From Vicugna vicugna (taxonomy: Eukaryota), in contig MU057880.1 in NCBI GenBank assembly GCA_013265495.1, positions 2,262,527 to 2,326,526 of the forward strand: DNA of 64,000 nucleotides, given 5' to 3'. Shown one piece after another: positions 13,131 to 25,869 of this stretch. The notes under the pieces were generated by a model, which saw only the letters and a program-made list of their open reading frames with translations, was not told where the DNA came from and did no database searches. Made by a program: the position numbers and the translations under genes. Numbering within the stretch: the first letter of the stretch is position 1; each line of letters begins with the position of its first letter.

Positions 13131-13361
13131 TTCTTTTTTATTTTATTTTATTTTATTTTTTATGCTTTTTTAAAATTGAAGTGTAGTTGATTTACAGTGT
13201 TAGTTTCAGGTGTACAGCAAAGTGATTCAGTTATACATAGACATACATGTGTACATTTTCAGTTTCTTTTCCATTACAGCTCATTACAAGAAATTGAACG
13301 TCCATAATTCCCTGTGCCGTACAGGAGGTCCTTGTTGTTTTTCTATTTTATATGTAGTAAT
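13131..13361 (-). mobile_element. L1 3' end fragment
   Basis: T-rich tail, then ttgaagtgtagttgatttacagtgttagtttcaggtgtacagcaaagtgattcag..., the L1 3' terminus in antisense. Confidence 0.85.
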
Positions 13362-13569
13362 CATATCCTAACTAATGAATGACCCTTGACATTGTGTTTT
13401 CAATTCAGCGTTTCTTAGAGCAGTGTTCTTAAATTGGATTCTATCCCTATGAAATAGGTATTTTGAGTCACATGGATACTAAGTGAAATGTCATCGCCAT
13501 TACCATCACCGTAACTGCTGTTGAAGACTGGGGGCAAGCAGTCCAAATAGCTTTGTGCGTAGTGTAAGA

Positions 13570-14122
13570 TGTGCCCGTCCTCTCCTGTTATCTAAGAAAG
13601 GACCACTAACCAGCATCAAACACGCCTTGCTTGCTCTCAGCTCTTGGGCTCAGGAGTCCAGGCACTGGCCTGGGCCACTGGGCTTCTGCTCAGTGTCTAC
13701 AAGACTGAAACCATGGTGCCATCTAGCCTTGAGTCCTTTCTGGAGGCTGCCTAAGAGTCTGCTTCCAAGTCACGGATGTCTCTTGTGGCCTCGGGATGGA
13801 GTCCCCGCCCTCCTGCTAGCACTCAGCTCCCACACCTTCGGCACCTGGCTGCTTGTCTTCTCAAGGCCAGAAAAACACAGACTTTCCCTCCTGTTGAGTC
13901 TCTCTCCCACTTTGAATTTGTGAGTTTAGGAGGAACCCAACTTCTATTATGGGCTCACCTGTTAGGCGAGGCCCACTCTGCAGTCTAGCTTTTGATTAAG
14001 TCAGAGTTAACACACCTGATCAGGGGAGTCACAGCCCATCCTCCTCACAGCTCCTGCCCTCTCTGGGCAGGGGTCATACACACGTGAGGGACATCAGGGT
14101 CACTTAGAGTCTGCCTTCCAGA
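13570..14122 (-). mobile_element. Old MaLR LTR (MLT1-like)
   Basis: Ends ..gggtcacttagagtctgccttccaga and contains tttgattaagtcagagttaac..gatcaggggagt, resembling MLT1 antisense; boundaries approximate. Confidence 0.5.
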
Positions 14123-14197
14123 GTGGGAAGTGAGTTTATCAGTGTGAAATCAGAGTTTAAAATAATGAGTAGGGAAATTGGGCACTAGGGAATTCTT

Positions 14198-14423
14198 TGG
14201 TTAACAGGCAGGTATGATGGACAGATGCACAGTACTATGTATAAAAGAGATAAACAACAAGGACTTACTGTATGGCACAGGAGCTATATTCAGTGTCTTG
14301 TAATAACCTATAATGGAAAAGAATCTAAAAAAGAATATATATAAATATATAATAATTGAATCCCTTAGCTGTACACCTGAAACTAACACAACATTGTAAA
14401 TCAGCTACACTTTAATAAAAAAT
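14198..14423 (+). mobile_element. L1 3' end fragment
   Basis: ataaacaacaaggacttactgtatggcacaggagctatattcagtgtcttgtaataacctataatggaaaagaat...cctgaaactaacacaacattgtaaatcagctacactttaataaaaaa. Confidence 0.85.
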
Positions 14424-15570
14424 GAGGGGGGATTAGGGTGTGGGAGTGAAAGCATTGAAGAGGAAAAGGCAGAAAAATATAATAGAAAAAAGAAGAGAGA
14501 AGAAAAATGTACTTTAGTGTAAAATGTCATATGACTGAAGAGGCCTTAGACAAGTCTTTATTACACAGTTTGATGGGACATGCCTGAAAGGAGAAAATAA
14601 AATGAGAAACCTGTCATACTTCTGCAAGTAACTATGTGTTTATTGAGACTGGATGTTGGGAGAAGGACAAATAAAGGAAAAAGTGATGTTTATAATATGA
14701 TATAAAACAATACTCTTTATCTCTCTGTAATTACTGCAAATGCAATGTCCACTATCATAAAGTGTATCTCTAAATCATGACAACCAAAGAGGTACTCGTA
14801 GAATTTAAAATTGTTGTCTCAATATTACAAGTATATGAAAGTTGCACCAAAAAAAGGCCCCATTGGGAATTATACCGTGCACATGCCTTCAACGTCTGGT
14901 TTAGGACTTTTAAATTGTTTTAGAGATTGAATAAAAGATTGTTTAAAACTTTTTTTAAATGAAATTTAGCATACTTAAATGGATTGGATTTTCATGGCCT
15001 GAAAGAGCGTAATTCTCTTCTTAGATTTTCTTTGTGCGGATAACAAGCTGCTCATTTTCCATGTTTTGTCTCAGTATTAACTCTCAAGTGGCTGGATATA
15101 TGAACGCTTCTCTCTCAACAATACCAATTCGCCCTTCCCCTCTTCTCTCCCCAACAATCTAATCAAAAGAGAGAGATCATTAACATGATGTTGTTAACAA
15201 CGTAGTTCAGCATTTTGCAGAGCAGAAGGTTGCCGTGTCTAATAAACTTGGAAGCTGTTTTATACTGTAGTCTCCTCTTAGAAATTTAAAATTCATTTGA
15301 GCTTTTTAAAGTCACTGAGAAGTCCTGCAGCATTTCTTATAATTTACTATCTTCACAGAGTGCTGAAAGTTCCCTTACAACAAGGAATTGAGACCATTAT
15401 TTTGATCCCATTTCTTTTTTCAAGGTCATTTAAAGGTTGGGATCATCTGGTAATTATGGTTCATATGAAACTTGGGGCTTGTATTGGATAACTTTTTTCA
15501 GAAGTTCGTTTGAAACCCATAATTTTTAAAATGTCTAAGTGTGTGTTCATGCCTGTGTTTTTACTTTTAG

Positions 15571-15766
15571 GAGTACAAGATCCCCAGCATGAGCGAATTA
15601 TTACTGTGTCTACTAATGGAAGTATTCACAGTCCGAGGTTCCCTCATACTTACCCAAGAAATATGGTCTTGGTGTGGAGATTAGTAGCAGTAGAGGAAAA
15701 TGTGTGGATACAGCTCACATTTGATGAAAGATTTGGGCTCGAAGACCCAGAAGATGACATATGCAA
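15571..15766 (+). CDS. PDGFC: PDGFC coding exon (exon 2 equivalent), N-terminal half of CUB domain
   Basis: Translates (G)VQDPQHERIITVSTNGSIHSPRFPHTYPRNMVLVWRLVAVEENVWIQLTFDERFGLEDPEDDIC(K), recognisable as PDGF-C. Acceptor tgtttttacttttag ends at 15570; donor AA|gtaagt at 15767; 196 bp, phase 1 in, phase 2 out. Confidence 0.97.
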
Positions 15767-16000
15767 GTAAGTTATCACACTCGAAATGCCCGCAGAGTGT
15801 AACAACTCTTACAGTCTTTCCAGTTGCTTCACTTTGATGATGTGATTTTCAGTGCCATCTTTTGTTGTTATATTTTTCTGATGAGCCAAGAAATTTACAG
15901 CCTTGTTTATGGTATGTTTCTGTCTACTTCTGAAAATAATTTGAGGTGATCTGTGGTCAAAAATACATATTGAGTAAAACAATTTAAAATAAGGACTAGA

Positions 16001-16156
16001 GGGGAGAGGGTATAGCCCAGTGGTAGAGTGTCTGCTTAGCATAGCATGCACGAGGTTCAATCCCCAGTACCTCCATTAAAATATACATGTAAATAAATAA
16101 ACCTAATTACCTCCCCCCAAAGAAAAAGTCAAAATAAGTAAATTAATTAATTAAAA
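16001..16156 (+). mobile_element. tRNA-derived SINE (Vic-1-like) with TSD
   Basis: GGGGAGAGGGTATAGCCCAGTGGTAGAG head and A-rich tail; TSD aaaataagga(c/a)taga at 15986-16000 and 16157-16171. Confidence 0.9.
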
Positions 16157-17082
16157 AAAATAAGGAATAGAGAATTAAAAAGCCACGTAAAGGGATGCAG
16201 TGTGCCAGAGTTACCGTTAGTGCCCACAATTTTACGTCTGAGCTTCCTCAGCCAATTCAATAAAACAGATACTAAATTATTGAAAGAAAAAGCAGTATGC
16301 GTGGATACTTAGAGTACCCACAGGTACACATATAGATACATACACACACAGGACGAAGAAGAAACACACGTTCTGAAAGTAGATTTAGGAATGTCAGCTG
16401 ACATTCCAGTTGGCCAGGTGGAAATTCACCGTAATTCTAGAAGTGCTCACGAGCCAAAGTCACCTAGAGCATTTCACCCGGGCAAAGGACCACCTGCCGC
16501 ATAGCATACAAATACTGCTCCATAAACCCTGTGTGCATACGCTTGTCAAGGTTGGGTGGTCTCATGGGAGACTTTGACTTCAGTGTCATTTGTGTATCAT
16601 GCAAATATCTTCCCTGAGCTTCTTTGCAGGGTTCTTTATTTTCTCTTTGGTATACAAGTTCAAAGAGAATTTTTGCCTTACGGTATATTGCAGATAAATA
16701 TTTTAGTCCGGATGAAATAAACTTTATACTTGCTGTCACCATAATTTGTATCTTGACCATTTATATAGCGAGTTACATTCTGTTTCAGTTTCTTCTTTCT
16801 GTGGCTCTGCATCTCAGGGTTTTTTTTCCCTTACATGTGTAACCTTAGCCTTTGGAAACTAGACGTTGTCCTAGCTGTCGTTAGAGATGGTGTTTTCCAG
16901 CCCTTCATTTTATGGGTGAGGACACAGGGGCCAGAGAAGCCAAGTGAGCAGCGTGAGGTCTCATTCATGGTTTCTAACTAAACTGATTTTAAAATCCGTT
17001 TTCCCCACAGTGCTGTAGATAGTTTATCACCACGTTAAACTGCAGCTCTTGCCTTCTCGTCATACGGAGGGTCACATAATCC

Positions 17083-17340
17083 TGTCAAAATTGCCAAGGG
17101 TCTGAGATTTTGCCCTCCCCGCAGAGGAGCAGGTGAGCCTAGCACGGCTGCATGGACGCCGACCGCAGACCTGAGGCTCCCGGGTCAGAGACGAGGGGCT
17201 GAGGACAGCCCTCGCCAGAGGCCCAGTGCTCTCTGGCCCCGTCCCCACAGGTCCGGGCCAGGAGGGCCACGTGGCCCCTGCGCACCTGGTGCTTTACGTG
17301 GCAGGAGAGGCAGCACTGGAGGTGCGTGTGTGGGTGACTG
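17083..17340. mobile_element. Old ERVL-type LTR fragment (MER77-like), GC-enriched
   Basis: tgtcaaaattgccaagggtctgagattttgccct...ctcccgggtcagagac resembles a remembered MER77-family consensus; family name tentative. Confidence 0.5.
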
Positions 17341-20300
17341 TGATGCATTTATTAATCGTCAGATGATAAAAAAAAATAAACTGTCGTACAGAATGCCTCA
17401 CCTCGCGTGGGACTCAGCTTCACTCAGCCTGAGACTCAACCCCATAAAAGTGGCTCTTCCAATAGTTCTGAGGTCCCTTTCCTTGTGCCAGCCCGAGAGC
17501 ACCTGCTTCTCAGTCCTGCAACACAATCATTGTCCTGACTTCCCTTTTTTGACTCTGACTCCTGATTTTCTCTATAATTTTACCACATGTACGGATTTCC
17601 CTCTGTACTATCCCATGAAAAGTAAATTGCTTTTTGCTTGCTTTGCGTGATCCGATGGGACCATGCTGTGTGTTCACTTTTGTGACTTGGTACACATCTC
17701 AAAGCAAGCGGACTAAGCAGTACTATGTTTTTCAGTTCACGTCGATGTGGATGGCTTCCATCTTCTGTTTTCCCTGATGGACAGTGTTTTGTTGAATAAA
17801 CAGGCAGTCTTTCTGGAGTCTTCTACTTTGATGAATCTTTGGCTTGTTTCCAGTTCTTTCTCCAAAAGTGCAAGGAAACGTTCTCGGAGTCTGTAGCTAA
17901 GAATGGTACTGCTATCTTAAGACATTAATACTTTTCAACTTTACGAGGTGGAGTCAAATTATTTTTAGCAGTGACCAATTTACACTTCTACCAACAGTAT
18001 ACAAAAATTTGTTTTCCTGTGTCCTCCCCAACCTTTTGATCTGGCATTCCTCTAATTATGGGTAGTGTGGTTAAGTGTAAGATTGTGCCTCAGTGTTACG
18101 CTCTATCTATTTTTTCTTATGACTAATAAGGCTGAGGATTTTTTCACTTTGTTTCCAGCTGCTCAGATTTCCTCCTCTGTGACATGCCTCCTCATGCCTT
18201 CTGCTCAGTTTTTAATGGACCCTCTGGTTATTTTATAGATTATTTGGAAAAGAATTGACATCGTTATAGTAATGACACCTCCTGTCCTTGAGAACTTTGT
18301 TTCTCCTTTTATTCTGGTCTTTATTGTCCATATGGTTTTAAAATATTCTTTCTAAGGATTTATAAATCTTTTATAAAGATGTGGTGCATCATTATTCGCA
18401 TTTATTTCTTTGGTTTTTAATAGACTGTTGCTAAAGTCCCTTTTTGAAAGTGACATTTCTAATTATATATTGCTGATGTATAGAAATGCAGTCAATTCTT
18501 AAGTATCGCTCTTCTATCTAGCAAACTTGCTAAACTTTTATTTTAATCATTGTTCTGGCAGTTATTTTGGATTTAGCAAAAAAAAATCATGTGGTTGTGA
18601 AAAAGATTCTCTCTTGCTTTCAGTTCTTTCACTCTTTCTTTTCTATCTCTTACTAAGTTGTCAACTGCATTGGGACGTATCTCCAACTTCTTCCTGGTTT
18701 TAGAGTTTGCTTCTTTTAAAAATCAAACACTTTAAATTTGGAGTAACTTTAGATTTACAGAATGTGGCGAAGGTGGCACAAAGAGGTTCCATGATGCCAT
18801 GTCCCTCCGTGGTCACATCTTCTGGAACCAGGACACCTTTGCACAACCACGGGGTTAGTGTTCACACAGTACTGTTAACTAACCTACACACTTTCTGCAG
18901 GTGTCAGCATCTTTCCCTTCCCTGTCCTTTTTCTGTTTCAGGAGCCTCTCCAGCGTGAGCACTGCATTTAGCCTCTCGCCTTTCAGTCTCTTCCAGTCCG
19001 TGGCAATTTCTCTTCCCTTGTATTTCATGAGCTTGACACTCTTGAAGAGTATTAGTCAGGTATTTCACAGAATATTCCTCAGTTTAGGGTCTTCAGAGGA
19101 TTTCTCATGATTCCCCGGGGATGATGGGTTTGCAGGAGGGATTCCAGATCAGTGCGACACCCTTCTGTTCATAGTGAAGTGGAGGGTGCCTGCTGTGAAC
19201 CCCGCCGACCCTGATGATGTTGACTGTAATCCCTTGGGCAGGGCGGGCTTCTCGTCTGGGGAGGAGTTGCAGTCCCTTCATGAGCTGTTTGGAGCCAGGT
19301 AACCAAGTCCAGCCCGCGTTCAAGGAGGTAGTGGCTAAGTTCCACCTTCCGGAGGGGGGGATATATACAATCTACCATTTGGAATTCTTCAGTAAAGAAA
19401 ACTGTGCCTTCTCCTTCCCTCCCTCCCCCACACTGTCCATCCTTCCTCCTTTCCTTCCTTTATTTCTTCCATCATTTATATCAGTATAGACTCAGGGATA
19501 TTCATTATATTCAGCGTGTTATAATCCAGTGCTGTTGTTGTTCAGTTTGTTGCTGAAATTGTTTCACCTTTGGCCCCTGGAAGTTAAAGATTTGCTGTTT
19601 ACATACCGAGATTGACTAAGAAGATTGATGCAGATTTTCTTACTATTTGAAGTATATGATTTTCATGTATTATTTGTTCTTTACCTACGAGGCATTTTTC
19701 CCCCTTTGAGAAACATGTTTTATTCTTTTCATTTTGCTTTCAAAAGTAAGTTACAGACATGATGAGACTTTACTTCATGAACTAGGAGATTTCCAACCAA
19801 TTGTCTACAACAGTGTCACGTGCAGGAAATGTAACATTAGTATGGAACTATCACCAGATACATAGTGGATTTTCCAGTGTTTCCCATGATCCCAAAATGT
19901 TACCACTTCATTATTTTCTTTTTCTCCTATTATGTTTTGATTCAGTAATTGACCATTGACTGCGTTCAGTTATTGTAACTCTTTTCTTGGCTCTCACAAC
20001 ACTGCTGTTTTCTTTCACCAGTCCAGCCTGTTGGTCCTGCAGAACGTCTCTCAATTTCAGCTTGCCCGAGTCTGTCTTCGTAATTAAGCTTTGCTGAAAG
20101 ATTCTGGCCGGAATGTTCTCGAGGGGATGGGTGCTCCTGACTGACTGCCCAGAGTGTTGCTTACTGCATTCTCGGTGACACGAATTTGCTTTTTCTATCC
20201 TGTGTTAGATGCGTCCTGCCAGTTTTAATAATGTAGTATTTTAATTTTGTCACTTGAGGATTTTAATAATATCCAGTTTTCTTCTTTTAAATCATAGATC

Positions 20301-20867
20301 ATATATAGGAGCATATTGTTTGGTTTTCTATGTTAAATTTATAAGGTTTTTAAAATGCATTTTTACTATAGATTCCTAAATTAATTGTATTTTCAATAGA
20401 GAATACAGCCCTTTGTGATTATCTGAAAGTTAAGACTTGGCTTCATTTGCTTCCATTTTTTTAATTTTCCGAATGCGCCGCCCTTCCACTGTGGGCGGCA
20501 CCGCCGCCTGATGTGCGGGTACCTCACTTTTTGCACTTGTGCTGATGGCAGCATCCATATCTTTCCTGATTTTGTTTTCTTCCCGATACACCGATTACTG
20601 AGAAAGACGTGCTAAAGCTTCCTAACAGAGGATGAGTGTATTTATCAACTTTGCCTATAGGGCTGTCAGTTTGGGTTTTTATGTTTTTAAATCGTGCCGG
20701 TTGGTGTGTGCGAGCTCAGAGGTCTGAGCTGGTTTACTCATTGTTAATGTTTTGTTTTTACTTCAGAGTGTATTGTGCCTGATGTTCGTGTAGCTGCAAC
20801 AGGTGATTGTGGTTGTTATTTGCCTGGAAATCTTTCCCCCGTTACTTTCAACCTTCCTGTGTCCTTC

Positions 20868-20895
<28 letters not shown>
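20868..20895. repeat. (GT)n microsatellite, about 14 units
   Basis: Directly visible. Confidence 0.95.
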
Positions 20896-20898
<3 letters not shown>

Positions 20899-21042
20899 TA
20901 CTTGCATGTTACTGTGTGTCTGTGTGTTTTGGTTGTCTCTTGTGAGAAGAACATAAGAAACATTAAAAATGCAACTAAAAAAACTTTATAGTTTCACTTA
21001 GGAACTTGCTCTAGAACATTGATTCTTAGTATGCATATTTTA

Positions 21043-21527
21043 TTTTATTTTATTTTTTGGAGTTTAGTCAGTTTACAGTGTGTCAATTTCTGGTGTACAG
21101 CATCATATCTCAGTCATACATATACATACATATATTTGTTCTCATATTCCTTTTCACCATAAGTTACTACAAGATATTGAATATAGTTCTCTGTGCTATA
21201 CAGTATAAAGTTGTTGTTCATCTATTTTATATATTGTAGTTAGTATCTGCAAATTCCAAACTCCCAATGTATCCCTCCCACCCCCTTTCCCCTGGTAACT
21301 ATAATTTTGTTTTCTATGTCTGTGAGTCTGTTTCTGTTTTATAAATAAGTTCATTTGTGTCATTTTTTTGTAAGATCCCACATATAAGTGATACTATCAT
21401 ATGGTATTTTTCATTCTGTCTGGATTACTCCACTTAGAATGACAATCTCCAGGTCCATCCATGTTGCTGCAAATGGCATTATTTCATTATTTTTTATGGC
21501 TGAGTAGTATTCCACTCAGTAGAAATC
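21043..21527 (-). mobile_element. Younger L1 3' end with exact 15-bp TSD
   Basis: T-rich tail, 3' UTR and ORF2 end in antisense (ccatccatgttgctgcaaatggcattatttc..atggctgagtagtattcca); TSD agtatgcatatttta at 21028-21042 and 21528-21542. Confidence 0.9.
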
Positions 21528-22182
21528 AGTATGCATATTTTAGGTTGAAGGCTGGTATTTATTTTGCCCATTCCGTTTCTGCTCATTTTTCTGATTCTCT
21601 GTTTCTTTTCTTGCATTGGTTTAGTTTCTCTTCTTACCCCATTTTCTGTTCTGCTAATTTAGAAAGTGTACACCTATTTCTGCTTTTAAGTGGCTACCTT
21701 GGAAATCCACGTTGAACTTAGTATCTAGGGTGAGTTCTTATCTACCCACCTGCCCAGATACAAAATCACCTGAGGACGTTGGACTGCTGTGGGAAGAGCC
21801 CTGGCCCAGCTCACACGCCCTGCTGACAAGACAGGGCAGAGTTTACTGCTCACCACAGTGCCAGGGAGACCACCGGACAGCCTTGGGGAGTCTGGGGTCG
21901 GGAGCAGGACCAGACTTTCTTGAGGATTTGAAGTTGGGTTTCAAATGCTTTGTATGTTTTGACGTCCCAAGTTAAGCACGTGTTGTTATTGTTTCGTGTA
22001 ATCATTGTTTCTGTAGCTGTACCTCTGTCTGCTTTTGGTGCAAATGATTTCTTCTTGCGTTTTGGAATTGTAGGGGTGGGATTATTTTATTTCTTTAAGT
22101 ACAGTTTTCAACTTCAAGTGAAAGCCTGTTGGAAGTAAATACTCAATTCTTATTTATTTGAAAAGTTCTGTGTTTCAACTTC

Positions 22183-22508
22183 ATTCTTAGAAGTTGGTCA
22201 GACTCAATATGGAATTTGGGGTTCACTTTTATTCTTGGAAGTTGGTCAGATGGGACATGGAATTTTAGGTTCACCCTCATTCTTGGAAGTTGATGAGACT
22301 GGACGTGGAATTTTAGGTTCACCCTCATTCTTGGAAGTTGATCAGTCTAGACATGGAATTTTAGGTTCACCCTCATTCTTGGAAGTTGATCAGTCTGGAC
22401 ATGGAATTTTAGGTTCACTCTCATTCTTGGAATTTGATCAGACTGGACATGGAATTTTCCATTCACCCTCATTCTTGGAAGTTGGTCAGGCTGGACAGGA
22501 ATTTTTGG
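22183..22508. repeat. 48-bp minisatellite, about 7 units
   Basis: Unit attcttggaagttgatcagtctggacatggaattttaggttcaccctc starts at 22183, 22231, 22279, 22327, 22375, 22423 and 22471 (last one partial). Confidence 0.95.
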
Positions 22509-25500
22509 CTGTGCGTTGTTGTTTTTCTTCATAACGTGAAGATGCCATTCCACTGTCTTAAGTGTTGAGAAGTTAGGTCAGATTACTGCTGAGACACCCC
22601 CGCAGCCTCCCATTGGGTGGTACATTCAGGGTGGGAAGGAGGAATGGAGCTAGGACCCCGCCCCAGGCCCCTGTGTACCACCCGTGGCCCGTGAATCCCT
22701 GCTCCTGCACACTGAGGCTCGGCGGAGACCCACAGGATCCAGAGCATATTTGTCTCACTATAATCTTGGTGTCTTGTGCCTGTTTGTCCTCCTGAGAACT
22801 CTCTTATTGCCCTGACAGTTCAGTATTGCATTAAAGACAGTGGTTTTCTTTGAATCATTTGTTCAGCAATTTTTATTGTGCTATGCCAAGAGGAGTTTCA
22901 CTGCCTTTGTCTACCGTGTGGCTGGAAGCAAGACTGTTTCAAGCAAAGTAAAGTTTCTCTTAACAGGATTCAGCACTCTCAAGTTTAAATTTAAAGTTGA
23001 TCTTTTAAAAAATGGCAAAATCAACTTTTCTCCATGACAGTGCTAGAGAAATAAAATACAGATGTGCTGTTGCTGAAATGCATCTTATGAATGTAAACTG
23101 CCTCATTTTCAGTATTTTTTTCAAGCCTGAAACATAGGAGAGTCTGGAAAATGTGAATCAGTGTTTCAGCTGTGTCTGTAAAAGGACAGACTCCAGTGAG
23201 ATGTTTGACATTTTCCCCATGGCCCTAGAGGCTTCTCAAATCATATTTTATAAAGAAAGAGAGTTGTGTCTTTCTGCTACTGAAGGTGGATATTATTACA
23301 AAGAGCAAAGCAAGTCAGAGGCAAATTAGGTTCCATTGCTTTAACAGCCTGGGAAAGTGTGCAGGCAGCATGGTGGAGGTGTCGGTGTGGGGCTGGAGCA
23401 GAGGGACGGGGGTGTGTGTGTGTGCATGCGAGTGCACTTTGGTGTAAAAAATACCGAAGTAGGTCTTGTTTTTTAATATTGTCTGTGCCTGAGTGGTTCT
23501 TATATGAGTGACATATGGTGTCTTTAAAAGGTCTTATTTTTAGTGGAAAACTTTTTAAAAAATATTTTTGTTTGTTTTCCTTCTGACCTAAATAACTTAT
23601 ACTTATCATACAGTGTATTTTACAAAGAGAAAGACCGTAGGAACAGCATTTAAAATCAATCAGTCCAATTTAACATAGTGCCTGTTTCACCAAAAACAGC
23701 TGACTTTCTTTTGGAGGAAACTCTCACCAGTCCAATGGGGAAAGAATTTTATGATAGAAATGTTAAATACGCTAAATGAAATAAACACTTTTCTTAATAT
23801 TTAGAATTTGAGATGATCAAAATTGTTCGTTTTTCTGTAAAATTAAAGACGGCTCTTAGACACTTTCCTCGCTTCCTGCTGTTTGCAGTGGAATCCATGT
23901 GGCGTCATTGTTTGCTCATGTACTTACTCTTGAATTCAAGGCGCGTGTTCTGATCACTGTGTGAGGTCGGAGGGGGCTGCGCCCTCAGGTAGCTCACAGT
24001 CTGGGGAAAGAGGCAGACGAGTAAGTAGGCAATTAAGATCAAGGCCACCAGCCCCCGAAGATGTTTGTAAACACAGAGCCCGGTCATGACCGTAACTGGC
24101 GGCATCTAGATTGCTCTGTTGACCATTCTCTAATTGAGACTTAACTGTGTATCTTACCAGCAACAGTCTCCAAATAACTGCTGTTCATTATTATGGAGAA
24201 AGTAGGTGCAGACATTAACCCACCAGACAGACCTCAAAGACCCAAACACTCACTCTCTCTGTTTCCCTCCAGTAGACAGAACGTTCGAGTAGAGCGTAGA
24301 TTTCTTATATCAGCTTGTCAAGGACAGTGCAAGCTATAGCTGCTAACATTTTGAAGGAAACAATTATTTTATGAAAAGGAATAGAAAATATTTCTTAGTT
24401 CCGCTGCCATGCAACTGAAATAAAGGGAGACAGTGTTATTTAGCCGATAATGACCCTTAGAGACCCGTCCGTGCGTCATAAAAGAGTTAATTTTTCAAGC
24501 CAGATGTTTGCATGAGCCCCTTGTACTGATGAAGGGAGGGAAAAGGCAGCGCTAGTCATGATTGGGCATAAAGGACCTTACCCTTAAGCCCTGAGAGGTC
24601 CAAAGGCCTCCCGGGAAGCCCCAGGCCTCCGTGATCTCCAGAACCGGGGCTCGGAGTGCGCAGCGAGGCAGGGATGAGCACCTCTGACTGAGAATCCCAG
24701 TCCTGTTCAGATGGAAGAAAAGCTCAGGTGGGACAAAAGCGTCCGTGCCTTTGGAACGTGCGCTGTGGGAACCCTGGCGTAAGACCGGATGAGTTTTGCC
24801 TGGTATTCTCCGGTGTGCCTTCCGGACCCATGGCCAGGGGTAAGAGGACCAGGTTGGCTTGGAGTCCTGATTATTCATTCCCAAGACTTTCTGAAAGGGC
24901 CTGTCTGAGCAGAAGCAAGTGCAGGTGGGCTACCTAAACAGATCACTGCCCTTTTAAGGAAGAAGGGGAGAAAATTCAGTTAAAATAAAATAATGTGTGG
25001 GTTTTGGAGGACTGAGCCCTCCAGACAGAGCGAGGCTGGTTCCCGGGAGCAGGCGGTGCTGTGGGGTGTAGCTGGGGGCGGGGCTGGTTCCGGAGCCCTT
25101 GGGATGCTGGGCTGATGGGTTTGGATTGCCTTCGTTTGCTCTCCGAAGCTAAGGGTTTAGTGGCAGACAGAGCATGTTCTGGTCTCTATTATTTTAGATG
25201 AAAAAACTGACAGAAGCCACGCAAAACAGATGGGAGAAGAGTTTAAGGGCACTTAGAAGAGATGAAAAGAATTTTATTTCTCAAACACAAAACTTTACAG
25301 GTCGATAGTTGCTCAGCCCCCCCTCCACCTTGGCCTGATTGTTCTCCTCTTCATCTAAGGACAGCACGCACCCTCCTTTCTCACCGTCACCTGCTTCTGT
25401 GTTAAACTCCGTGTCGGGGTGGGGAGAGCGGAAGTGGGGGCTCAGGGACTGTGTGCGCCTGAACTCTCCATTGGGATGGATGCTTTGTACTTCAAAACGC

Positions 25501-25869
25501 CATCCTCTTGGTCCCAGGGCACAAGTTTTGGGAGGAACAAAATAACCAATTTCAACACTGCTGACAATCTAAATGTTTATATTAAAGACAGACCAAGGAA
25601 TAACTTAGTGTGTTAAGTGGCTGCTATGTTGCAGGGAAGAGACGCCTTCCTCATTCCTCCAAGGGTTGGGTCAGGTTCCCACAGGCTCAGAGTGGAGCCG
25701 AGGGTACAAGCCGCTGCTGGGTAGCTTCCGGGAGCCCTGCTGCTACAGCACTGCTGCACGTGTGCCGGAGCAGAATACATCCCCCTGCTAGGGAACAGCG
25801 TGAGTTGAAAGTGGGATTCGTACAAGAGTCACTCGAGGATTCTTTGAGTTTCAAATAATCACAAAAAAT

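Larger units (their letters stand above)
17700..22900 (-). mobile_element. Cluster of fragmented ancient L1M pieces, antisense, interrupted by younger inserts
   Basis: L1 antisense motifs such as accaatttacacttctaccaacagtatac, tatattgctgatgtatagaaatgcag, ttagatttacagaa (L1MC-type 3' end) and gatgccattccactgtctt; boundaries approximate. Confidence 0.6.

Noticed and set aside
15510..15570. N-terminal extension of the exon 2 ORF resembling a signal peptide
   Set aside because: It is the translated polypyrimidine tract of the intron.
16001..16075. tRNA gene (also at the other SINE heads)
   Set aside because: Diverged tRNA-like heads with a shared non-tRNA body, A-rich tails and TSDs identify them as SINEs.
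22183..22508. CRISPR-like array or repeat-protein gene
   Set aside because: Head-to-tail units without unique spacers in a mammalian intron; the ORFs follow from the 48-bp period.
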